Both the position numbers and the translations under genes were made by a program. Below are positions 11,898 through 24,119 of a DNA stretch of 64,000 bases, piece after piece. The notes beneath the pieces were generated by a model that saw only the letters and a program-made list of their open reading frames with translations, made no database searches and was not told where the DNA came from. Each line of letters opens with the position of its first letter. Positions within the stretch are counted from its first letter, which is position 1. Source of the stretch: Fimbriosthenelais zetlandica (lineage: Eukaryota); the NCBI GenBank assembly GCA_977030845.1, contig OZ365116.1, positions 16,678,001-16,742,000 on the forward strand, read 5' to 3'.

Positions 11898-14800
11898 TTA
11901 ACATTGCTGACGTGGCAGTATTCAGTGAGGCACGATCCTAGCCTTTTACACCGGTCTTACCGGAGGTGCTGGTTGTTGGTCCGTTGCTCAACGCAATGAC
12001 AACCCAGGCCAGGATTTATTGTGGATCTAAAGCGAGAAAGGTCATAAATAAGGCCATAAAAATAATGTAGAGGAAAGGAATATAAAGTCTCTTTCTCTTT
12101 CCTTTATACATATTAAGGTACAAGTGTTTTCGCAGGTGAGAATGTACCATTGAAGATATAAGACTAAGCTATCCCATCACTCGCCCAATAATGTCCCAAA
12201 AATGTTAATTTGGTATTAAAAAATGTTCTATGCCGACATGCCCTTCAGATGTAATTCAGATGTTCCCTTTGTACACTGAAAATCTGATTATTAAAATTGT
12301 CTGTTACTTTATCACTAGTCATGATATGACATCCCTCAAAGTAAAACAGATACTGGGATGAATGGATGTCGATTAGCATTTCACCCTGTCCTTATATGAG
12401 CATGATCTATCACTGGGGTCTGTCTCATAATGAATGGTCAATCTAAAGACTGCTTTGGAGGCTACAGAATTTTCATGAATGAGTAGTGAATGAGTCCCCG
12501 ATCCCTGCCTAAGAAGGGAGCGCTTCATTGAGCCATTCACTGTTGAATGGCACGTGCATATTCAATCTTGTAACAGAATTCCCGTCCTCAATGACCCGCG
12601 CGGTCAATGGAACATGGATCTCCTTGCACGGCTTAATGGCTATTTCCGTTCAATCAGGACGGGACATAAATATTGTACTCTAATGTTTCAAATATCGTTC
12701 CCTTCTTGTGCACGTGCACATCATAATTCATAAAAGCATGATTTGATCCCCAGGAGGGAGTCCTATAGGGACTTGTCGAGCACCCATAAACTATCATTCC
12801 ATAGCATTTCATTCCCAGCTATTGCTCTCAATACTTGATGGCGTTGACTGCAATCCACATGCAGAAGTATTCACTTCTGTATTACAAAGAATCTCAATTT
12901 TAATAATCCTTCTATGTCCTATGTTCTAAGGTTTATTAAAGACTTTTTCTTAGAAATTATCATCTCGTTATCCAGTAGGACTAATATGAAGTAAAAGTAC
13001 TGGCAATGTCGAGGGTGTGCCTTTAATCTGTGAGAAGGGTGACAGGTCTTTAATTGGAAACAAGAAATCAGAAACTGATGAAAAGCTGGAATCAAATTTC
13101 CATTTTCCAGCTTCCAAATTTGATTCATTACAGGAAGGAGAGGGGTTGAAATGGGACGGTGACAATCACATTAATGCGTAGACAGCCCTCCCTCACATGG
13201 CAATATGCCTCATTTTCTCTCCCTCATTTCTAGATATATCTGGGGCAATACATGTCAGGGTAGCTTTGGCCTGGTCACTAAGCTTACAAATTTGAATATC
13301 ATAGATGGAATGAAGGCTTAGAGACTCTGAAACCATCACACAGACTGTGCACTGAATAGTTATAAGTGCCCTGAGATAGATGGCTTCAGAAAAAGTTTGA
13401 TAAATGTAAAATAAATAAATTGGTGCAGAATATCAGACCTCGATTAAACTGGAGAAGATTGAGCTTTGATAAAAAGCTGGGGATGAGAATCGGAAGGAAA
13501 TATCCATACTTCAGCATAGCTGGCTGCGTATTTTATCCTCAGCATTCTTGACAGGTGGGGATCGTTTCAATAAAAAAAGATACATTAGCTAATGGTAAGT
13601 CCATTGGCTGACACTTTTAATAATTTTAATGGCACACATCCCTTCAATCCGTATGCCTTTTTTCAAATAAATAAAATTGCGTGTGGAGTATTAGGTTAAA
13701 TTTCTGTATTGAAATTTCAATGAGATTAAAGATTTTCTCGGCTCCACTGAAGGGTCCAATATACTGTATGTTTTAGAGCAAATACCAGTGACTTTTTTAT
13801 GTATCAGGCCCTAGGTCTACATCTCAGATGTAATTTAATTTCCACAGCACGCGGGAAGGACTGCTAATGTTGCGCAGCAAATGTCAATTACCGTCTTGGG
13901 ATAATCAATAGCCAAGTCGAAGAGGACTGCTGCGCAACCCGAGTAATTTTGATTTTCTGCTTCAACTCATCTTCTGTCAAGATAGAACTTTTCTTATTGC
14001 AATCTTTTTCTATGTCAAGAAGATCCATTGTGACATCTGATTCCAAGCTTACATCTTTTGTCTGGATTTGAAGAATGTAGATGATGGTCATTGGAAATTG
14101 TTTTCAGTTCACGCTTGGAATCATAACGCTATAGATTCTCTAGAGTACCAAAGCCATGAACGAAAAACAATCTCGTATTCAGGAATATTATATATTCATT
14201 TTTCTTCTCTGCCTCATGAATTCTTTCCTGAGAATCAATAGGAATGTTCCCCTATTGGGATAATTATGAAAGTCTCTTGGAGGGGAGCATTGGTCCTGTG
14301 GCGGGGCTGCATCCCCCAGTGAGCGTTCCTATGTGAGTTACATGTCATCTATGAAAGATTTTTTCCTCCCATTAATGCATGTAGCACATGGATCTAGGAA
14401 TAATAGACGTCGTTTTGCCAATCTTAGAAATACATGTTGTAGGAATGTGTTATACTGGTGCACATTGATGAACTGTCACTGACAGGGTTTGCTTCCCAGG
14501 GACCTGTTTCATAATAAATACGACTAAGACAAGGGCCTCAAACGCAACAAAATAATTCAATACTAGGGGTGTGATGCATGAAATATTGGTAGTGTACAAT
14601 ACAGAAGGCCAAGACCAAGTAGAGTGGATTCCAGATATGATTTGGAACTGGGGTTGTATAGGCCTAATAAATGCTGAATTGAACCCCACTCCCGACTCTC
14701 CTTATATCATTGAACTCATGCTCCTCCATGTATTTGACAAGGCCGTCTTCCCCATCATGTGCATGGGAAGATCTTGTTCAATACATCAAGTGAGCTTTGT

Positions 14801-17800
14801 AAAATTCGGTATATGCATGCAATGATTTTATATGTGTGAATAAGCCAGACACGCCTCGTTCTGTGGGACCAAATAACTCGTTCACGCAAAGAGCTTTAGG
14901 CGTTGTGTGGAGATCCTTTGATTTGTCATTCGTGTCAAGACCAGTCGTTGTACACGACTAAATTCCTGCGGGAACATGTGAAGCAATTGATTTCCTGCCC
15001 CCTCAGGTCTCATACAGTATTGAAAGTAAACGCACACATAGGCGAGGAGAGTAGAGAATAAATGATTCACAACATGTAGCATTGAATGTACGAAATGAAT
15101 GAATCTATTAGGGTCCATCCGTACAGTGTTCCTGAGATATTGCTAATATTATTTGGCATTCTCCTTGTAAAAATATGACAATTTGGTCTGTTTTAGCAAA
15201 TCAGTTATTGATATCATGTGACAAGTACTCTGTCCATGAATGATGTTCACAGGACAGGGCAGCCATCTTGGCTGGCCCAGCAAGGCATGATGGGACTTCC
15301 TGTTTCTATAGCAATACTTCCTGGCTTAGATCTATCACGTTAAGGAAGCCTGGTAGGCTGGCTGATATCATATCTCATCTACAATATCTTATAACGCCTT
15401 TGCCAGCTTACTTTAAACAATTTTAGACACGGTTTGTCATTTATAACACTTGCAATTTAGTTAGAAATCAATTATAATCCCTCATTGTTATTGTGGCAGA
15501 TTTTCATGAATTCTCTGGATCAATTTTTTTCATCCTTTTGACTTTTTATGAAACTATATTAGTCGCAAAAGCAATTAAGGCAGCTAATGTACATGGATAG
15601 AACCTAGCAGATGATCTTGGCTGTGTCCTTGTGCAGAATTCTATTTTGCTGGAAAACTCATCTATGAATTACCACACAACTGACAATATTTCCAAGCAGG
15701 CCAGGCCTTTTGGCATGATATCAATATCAATAAAAACGGTTTGAGTCTTCATCCAAGTCAAATCAGATGCAGAATCCTGAAATAAGAGCATAGAAAATTG
15801 ATCTTCTCCAACGTATTCAGATTTTAATCAATGGACGTGGCAGTTGTAATTCTCTATAATTAAGTCGGCGCTATTTTTTGCTAGCATGATTTTCCATTTT
15901 ACCCAGTTTCAACTTGGCAAGGAGGACTTCGGGTTGGAGTTGGGAGTGTGGGAATAAGTGGGCTGGGTCCATATGGAAAGGAGAAGAGAGGGTATCTCAA
16001 TTGTTAAACCCACATAGGCCTACATATATATGGAGCATGACAATGTCTGCGAGATGGCGTGCATTGATACAGCATGGCTGTATAAAACCTCTCAGTAATG
16101 GGGAAGCCCGGTGAGTTTTATGATAAAGGCTTATTTGCACATAGTTGCAGGTTGTAGAGATGCTGCTTGTTCTCGCCTTCTACCTTAAGGGTAACAGCTA
16201 AAATGACTCTCCCGGGGCTCTCTCTTCTAGCTCTCCTCCAGGTGATGTTCCAGTCCATGAGGGTCATTCATGACGTGTCACAGCTAATTATGTACGGTAT
16301 CCATGCTTATTGTACGTCCAGGTCGTACTCTCTAATTATACACTGCCTGTCCTCATGTGCCTTGGTTCCAAAGATTGGACCTTTTGGGAGGTTTCAGACC
16401 ACACAAGCAATTGGTGGGTCTTCGTATGAAATATTTTATTCCCCAATATACTCTCGATTGAAATCCTCCTAGCTGATCCACATGACCTTCAGCCTACTTC
16501 TCCGGTATTCGGTAAGGATTATCTCCTTTGAAACATTTGGATTTGGCTCCGGTCTTTGATGGCCTTGATGGAGTGATGGAGAGGGAGGGAAGGCGCAGTC
16601 TTTGATCGTCACCCATGTATTGCTTATTCCGATAAGTAAGGATGACACACTACAAAGCCACTCCACCCCTAAAGGACAGCCCACTTGTGAGGCAAGAAAA
16701 TAAATGCTGGTTATTTTTACCAGCTCGTACAACACTGACCATAACTGAATGTGATAGGGTGAGAAGAGAGGGCTTGTGGCATGTATCACTAGCCTCATAC
16801 AATTGGCCGATCAGACCTGGGTATAAATTGAGCCAGTCTGAGTATAATGTCTCTTAGAATTGTGGGTTGCTTACTGCACGCCATTTATTGCCTTGGCCTA
16901 ATCATTGATACGGGAGGTCAAGCCCAACCCTCCTCATCCTCTTTCAGTCCTGTCCCACTCCCTGCTTTTGTCTTCCAAGACAAAAGAGCAAAGCATCGTC
17001 CGCATGGGAAGCTTCGTTCGTTTCGACTTTTATCGAATTCAGATAGCGAAATGACCAATGGTACTGTCAAAATGGGATGATGGACGATGGAAGGGAAGGA
17101 ATGGCAGACACTTCTGTGGAAAGAATGACGGATGAGTGTTTTCCTGCGAAGACAAGCAAAGCTAGAGCCTAGCAAATCCCCCTGTTGAATAGCTTAGGGG
17201 GTTTTGATGTTTGGGACAAATGTATTAAGTCTGTGCTCCCATGCGAGTGGAATGGGGATGTATGGGGAAAGGGAAGGCAGTTGGAGGTTGGGTGGGAAAG
17301 GGATGAGGATTGTCAGGGCCATATTCAGTGTAGAGCCTGGGCGGGGGTCGAAATGGGATGAACGCCTGAATGATGCCCAAGTAGTGGCTTCAATAGCTTC
17401 TGATGGCTTCTACACTGCTGCAGGGAAGCCACATATACACACACAGTTACATCATGTGCTCTACTCAGCAGAATCAGAGGCTGGTAAAAAATACTCAGAA
17501 CTAATACAAGGTCAAGGACATGTACGTCCATTAAAGTATTAGACAACAAAAAACTAATTTAATTCCATTTTCACACCTGAGAAGCTTTCTTCCTGTTAGA
17601 AACCTTCTATATTTCACACGTCCACTTTTTCATGCACGGAAAGATGGGAAGGGGGAAAAGAGATAACGGGATACACCTAGGACGCAATATAAGGGCAATC
17701 AATAAGTTTATGTCCGACCTAGGGTATAAAATCACCATATAATCTACACATCTGATCATGCTGCCATGTCTATTCATCCCTGGGGTCAGGTCTACAACGA

Positions 17801-17917
17801 CAGGTCTAGTTTATTACGGACACAGGGATTACATACAGTCCTCAAACCCCCATCTCCCCCAGGAATAGCCCCCACTCTGCTCACAACACCTCCATGTCTG
17901 TCTCCATCCCTTCTTAA

Positions 17918-18073
17918 GCCTTGGATCCACTGTCATTTTAAGGAACCAGAATAGGTCTGGGATCTCCTAACAAATTCAGACATCTTAGGGCACTTTGAAG
18001 TGCACTTATGCCACATTGGGGAATGCCTTATGGTTTTGTGTGATGGCTTTATGACCTCAGTGGATCAGCAGCC
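17918..18073. mobile_element. MITE-like family A copy (TIR core GATCCACTGAGGTC)
   Basis: TTAA at 17914-17917, then gccttggatccactg; right arm gacctcagtggatc at 18053-18066. Confidence 0.55.
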
Positions 18074-21000
18074 TGTCCTACATTCCTTCCCCATTAGTCC
18101 AGACAAACGTACTGCAATGAAGTTTTATCTGCTCTGCCCCCGACATAGCTCTACAACAATGCCTCCATCTTGAGGCGAAAAATCAAAATGTCGTCAATAT
18201 AGCAGTCGTTACCTAAGGTCTCATAGTAAATAATGGGAACATGATTACACCATTAGGCCTCACATTTTGTCAGTCGAGCCTCGACCAATTCCTATATACT
18301 GAGCTAACAATGCTGAGTTTTTAGACAATTGCAAGTGCTGTTAAGCTAACTTGATCGTGCCAGCTTGCTTATTTTGGCCATGTCTGTAAAATGTTAGAGT
18401 TGACTTGGTTTTATAGATTAATTAAAATATCCCCAGCCTTCTCAGAAGGCGAAATAAATGTAGGAAATGAAATCAAGTCAAAAGTATTAATTGAAATCAT
18501 GTCCAGTCCATATTGGGCAAACTAACTCTGGTTCTGGTCAAATATTGGATGAGGAGCATTGGTTCCTCAAGTACTAATGGGTTCATTCATATTTTCATGG
18601 CTTCTATGAGATGTGGACTATTACCACTGAACTGATGTTTGTATTCCATTAGTATGGATATAATACACAGAATTGTACTCGACCCATGCATATATAATTT
18701 TGAAAGAGATCCATACATTAAGATTCCTATAATTTCACAAATGCAGGTAGTTTCCTAAATAATACTGTATTGGATGTGAGTATACTACAGAGGGATACTT
18801 GTAGGTGAATATACTTATATATAATGTACAGTACCTCCCCCTCCCTGCCTGTAGACGTCAGGGTTATAATGCCTGAGAGGAGAATACATTAGGCGGTTTT
18901 ACTGCTCCCTAGTGGCTGGGACCATCATCAATATTGTGATATTTTCTGTGAGATATGAAGGAAAATAAAAAGCAGACACTGTGAGTGGAGGGCTAGGATG
19001 GATCAATATCAACTACTGTCATTGCTGGTTTATATTTAACTCTCAGGGCTGTCATTCAGGGACTCAGTGTCGAGGATTAAGCCGGCTTGTCATCCTTATC
19101 ATGTCCACCCCTTACGACCCCGCCTCACCCGGCACACCTACAGGCTTACGGCCACCAAATTCTTACGAAATGGTCCTATGGGATTTAGGACATCCTTATT
19201 TGCCTTTGAACATCACTTTAGGGATAGCATTCTCACCCCTGGCCACCCCCTACCCCCCTCACACTAGCTATATCACCCGGTCATTCTACTCCCCACCCCC
19301 CTATACCTCCCTGCCCCAAGTGTTCATTTCCCTCACATGAAAAGAGTATCAAACCGCTGTCAAGTGCCCCCCTTCCCAGGTCACTCACAAGGTGTGAACC
19401 TTTTAAGGGGACATTTTCATGGGCCCATCCCCATGCATTATTAACGAATGAGAGTCGCAGACTTTTAGCAAATTTGTGAGAGATGAGGCGGTACTGTTTA
19501 GTGTTCGATCTCCGGGGAATGGATGCAATAAATAACCACCAACACTTTCAGCCTCCCACCCAGGCTGCTTGGCCGAGGCTGTAGGCCAAAAAACAAACGC
19601 TGTTTTCTAAGATGCTTCCTGTGCCACTGACATCCTTAAGTGAATATAGACTATGTTAAATCTTGAGTAGGTGACATGGTTTCAAGCTACAAACTTTGAT
19701 ATTTTAATGTTTAAGTGTTAATGTTTGGTGGTAGTTCTAATCGCAATGAATATATTGCATAATAGTTATATTTGTTTATATTGAGGCAAATAAGTTTAGT
19801 GTCACAAGAAACGCATGTTTTCGTGCCTTATCAGCTTGTCAGACCAGCTCAGACATTGAGAAGATATCAGAGGCGAGGGACCGGAATGAGCGACTCGCGA
19901 GTGCCTGATCCATCCATTGTAAAGTGCTAAGTGGCCTTAAAAACTATATTAGACACATTAGCTCAAGCCATAGAATTCTTATATGTATGGTAATTCAGGC
20001 ATCATTGTGCTTATAGGGCTTAATTTGGGCCCATATGCCTTATCACATATGTGCAATACGTGATTTTTTTTCTTCGTAGAAAATCATTATAGCTTTTTTT
20101 TATAGATGGGTATTTTTATATCCTTAGGATATGGCAATATTTTTCCACTGGGGCCACTTGCTTTGAGCATTTTTCTATCCTCTGCTCTATCCATATAGAA
20201 TAAATATAAATGGTATCCTTCCATTCCCGAAAGATTGCCATATATATCTATATTTGAACGCATAATGGAAGTGTATTGTCTAAGGACAGAAAGTTAGGAA
20301 GCTCCTATATTTCAAGCGTTATCTACAAAATGTAATGGGAAAATATCGACCTTGTGGTGTTAGGTTTCTGGATGGCTACAACAACCGAAAAAAACAATTT
20401 TGGGTGGTCCATGTTTTAACTGGAAACGTAACGATACAATATTTAAAAAAGCATTCTTCTTGTTTGTGGCTGAAATGAAAAAAGCCTGGGCTAAAAACAG
20501 AATGATAAAGCATCTGACAAAAAAACCATGTGGTTATTGGTGTGTGTGGGTTATGACGCCGAAACCAGGCATTTGATGGTAGCTTTCTCGTACGTTATAA
20601 ATTCAATTATTTTACAGCAAAATATTTTTCTGGGAAATCGTAAAAATGAGAAAATGAGCTTTAAAATGTCTATAATTTCTGACAATGACTAGCATTCCTG
20701 CAACATGGGTAGGCACCCAAAATTTTGACTTGAATTTAATTGCCTTATGTCGTAGCTTGCGGCCCCTCCTCACTAGCAATAGAAAGCTTAATGACATTGT
20801 TCTGGTTTCCACCCTTTTCCTCGTTCTAGCATCGCAGCGTCCGTTCTTCTCGGCAGAAAAAGCCAGCATCTCGTTATTGAGCATTGAGCCTCTGCCGTCG
20901 TTCGAGGCCAGTTAAACCGATATTAATCCCTGCCGATGAAAAGGCAATAATATGTGCTTTTTTCCCATTATTTTAAATTGGATCAGCAATACTTTAATCA

Positions 21001-21613
21001 CAGTATTCTCGGTGGGCTTAAGTTTTATACATCTTTACAATTTACTATCTAATGGAGCTGGGGGGCATTTAATAAAAAAGTGAATCAATGGCAGGTCTGC
21101 TGACTAATGCCATGCGTTTATTTAACTGACAGCAGCTCATTGCCGGGCCCTTGGGAAAGATATGATTAGAAACATTCAAGATGGTTAAAATAATAGATAT
21201 TGACATTTACAATAAATTTATTTATAATATATCATTGCGAGTGTACATAGAATGCCTCAGCAGGGGATTGTGTTTATGTGTCAGCTGGCATGTAATATAA
21301 CTGTACTAATGAAGCATAATGTTACAGTGGAATTTAACTTGTCTCATTCCAATCGTGCCCATTAAGAGTATAAAATATGCAGCCATAATGATCACCTATA
21401 TCCACGGTACTCTGACCTTGGCCCGGTATCTTTTTGTTGTTCATGGTCAGGATTTCAGTCTATAAAAAGAACCTCTGACAGACCTCAAGTCTAGCAAAGA
21501 ATAGAAATGATGAATGACAAGGCTGGCTTTATCACGTTATTGTCGGCCACTATTAAGCTTGTGGCTACCCATGGGGTGGCCATCTTTTACTACTGTCAAG
21601 CTTAAATGCTTAA

Positions 21614-21837
21614 GGCCTATAGTCACTGAGGTCATAAGTCCCCAAGGCAGTTTAAGACGGGCCCCGTATGAGGTGACACCTGCCCTTAGTTTGCCTTGAG
21701 GGGTCCCTAATACCCAGTTACATTAAAGACAGTGAGATTATGATACACGAGATTCAATGTATCCCTCATTAAGATATCCTGGTAATCTTGTCTTAAGGAT
21801 TGCCTCATGCCCTTACGACCTCAGTGGATCTATGGTC
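21614..21837. mobile_element. MITE-like family A, best-preserved copy (about 224 bp, TTAA/TTAT flanks; Kolobok-like ends by inference)
   Basis: Left end GGCCTATAGTCACTGAGGTCATAAG matches the reverse complement of the right end, GACCATAGATCCACTGAGGTCGTAAG. Flanks are TTAA (21610-21613) and TTAT (21838-21841). Related ends occur at 3714, 33775, 38805, 42802, 45165, 50496 and 51802. Confidence 0.7.
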
Positions 21838-24037
21838 TTATCCATTTTAACTCCCATCTTGCTTAAATGCCTATTCACTGGTTCTCTGACCATTTTGACC
21901 TCGTCAGATTACGTTGGGGATATTTCTCTGGGGAAGGGCAAGTTGGTTGAGGGCCCGTCACTGCTGTCACTTCCTCTGGATGCTACAGGCAGCTGGCAGG
22001 CTAGCAAATCTAATTGGTGAATGAGTGTGGAGAGTGGATGTCCACTTCGCTTTCATCGCCGCCACTTCACACAGCGAGTTAGGCTCGACAATCACATGGC
22101 ACTGCATCAAAATGATTATTATCACCAAAATGTCCACTCATGGTAAAATAGAGAAAAAAGCAAAAGAATTTATGTCTGGAATGATGGGTGGAGGGATTTT
22201 CATTCTCGTTCCATAATTTGACAACATGTTTTGTCTTGATTTTCTGTATTTGTTCTAATAGGTCTCTAACCTTCTTAACTTATCTTACTGGGCCCCAGGT
22301 AGTTGAAACAAAATACTTATCTGTTGTAAAAGAAAATTTAACCCAAGTAACGTTGAGTGGCCAATGAAGCCCCTGTTGAAGGTAATGGATGACCCCAAGG
22401 AACTATTGAGTGATGTTAACTTAATTGGACTTTTGTCAACCCTTTTGTTTTTGCTAAATTTAGCCACTTTAAGTGATACATATTGGTAATTATCTGTTCC
22501 CTTCCAATGATTAATGTATTCTTAATTAACATGGAATCAATGTATGGACCAAAGCAAGGTTGGGATCTAAATGAATGGTTTGGACCATTTGGATCTTAAT
22601 GAAAGTAGGATATCTCTGCTTTTTGCAGAAGATTCTGTCTGCTGTCTGATGGGAAATTCCGTCAGTGTGTTCAGTGCATAACGTTGTGTGCCCCAGGGAT
22701 TTGTGTCACCAGATCTTTGTGTTGATTCACACCAAAGGAAACTCGTAGAGGGAATCCCTCCTTTATTTCCTTCTTTTCTGGGCATGTGGGAATTCACCAG
22801 ATGCTACCACACAAAAGAGAATCTAAATAGAGATAAAGATTACACGGCTGGCTATTTACATAGCCTTATCAGTCTGCTATACTTCCCACACCCTCCCCGT
22901 CCCTCATCTACTCTTCCCCTTTATCCGTCTCCTTCTCTTCCTCTCCTGTTCGCTCTACATGTACCACCAATTCTCTGTATCTTTATTCTTTCCTCTTCCT
23001 CAACCCCACCCCACCCCCTTACCTATGCTGCTTCCTTCCGTCTTCACAAATAAAAATGTGGACCAGTGTTGGTGTCTAGTTTGCTATGCTAAATAGTGTG
23101 GACACTATATTGTAGTGGAGGTACTAGCCATTGCATATAAAGCAGTCATTGTCTTGAGTCTTGTAGCCCAGATATACCCTGTTATCAGTTCTCAGTCCAG
23201 TATTAAACTTCCTCCCTTCCCCTCGCTTCCCTTCCCCTCCCTGACACCCTTATCCTGCCCACCCCTTCCCCCTCTCCCCCCACCCCCACACACTCTGTCA
23301 TAGTTGATGTATCCTCCGCACATCCACCGCTGAGGCCAGAAGCAAGTAAATAACACATTATTTATTAGTGGAGAATTTCTGCAGAGCCAGCAAAGGACAT
23401 CTCTATAGAGGGTGGTATATTGGAGGGGAATGAAGGCTGGCGTAGCGTCCCATCAGTAGATAATAAGGCAGAATAAGGATAGATGGCATATGTATGCTCT
23501 GGTCTCAGTCCGCCAAAGGTATCTGATATCTCAGAGATTTATGCCTCATACTCAGTTATCCTAGGGGCATTTATAGCTCCTATCATAGCCAATGGTTACT
23601 ACAGCGGTAACTATTGTGGTTGGCTTTGGATTTGAGGATGCAAATAGAGTAGATTTGTATGGATTTGTCAGGCTTAAATTTAATACCAGTACATGATGGA
23701 CTCATAGACACAGATAAGGAAACAATAATGCAGATAAGTATAAGAAGAGTTTCGCACTAGAACATGAAACTATACTGCAATCAATTCGTCAAAATTTATT
23801 AAATTAACATTCTAAAATCTAAAATATTGTCAGTATGCCCCTAGAATCACATCCTAGACTGCAAACTCCAGCAGCCTTGTTTTTAGCGATCGTGGCCCAA
23901 AAGCACGCAGTAATTTATTGGCTTATAGACAACGAGGTTGCAAGTAATTAAACAGCTTAGTGAATAATCCATAGTGGTAGGCGTTGGCTTCAATAAGCAG
24001 GCCCCTTTACTGGGACCCAATTAACCCCAGAAGGATC

Positions 24038-24119
24038 GGGAAGAGAGTTAGCTCAGTTAGAGCACCAGCTCATTCTTGGGCTTTCCCTGCAGGTCAGCAG
24101 TTCAAACCTGAACTGTCCC
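24038..24119 (+). mobile_element. Degenerate tRNA-derived sequence (SINE head or tRNA pseudogene)
   Basis: A-box-like TAGCTCAGTTAGAGC (24049-24063), B-box-like GTTCAAACC (24100-24108), and GGGA...TCCC closing ends. The anticodon arm is too long and irregular for a functional tRNA. Confidence 0.5.

Noticed and set aside
13560-14091. Faint resemblance to L1/Tx1 reverse-transcriptase motifs on the minus strand (LLDIEKD; GPFSG..IFNLIEI; KGIRIEG..SQ)
   Set aside because: The catalytic YADD motif is not recognisable and the spacing is off; too degenerate to call by eye.
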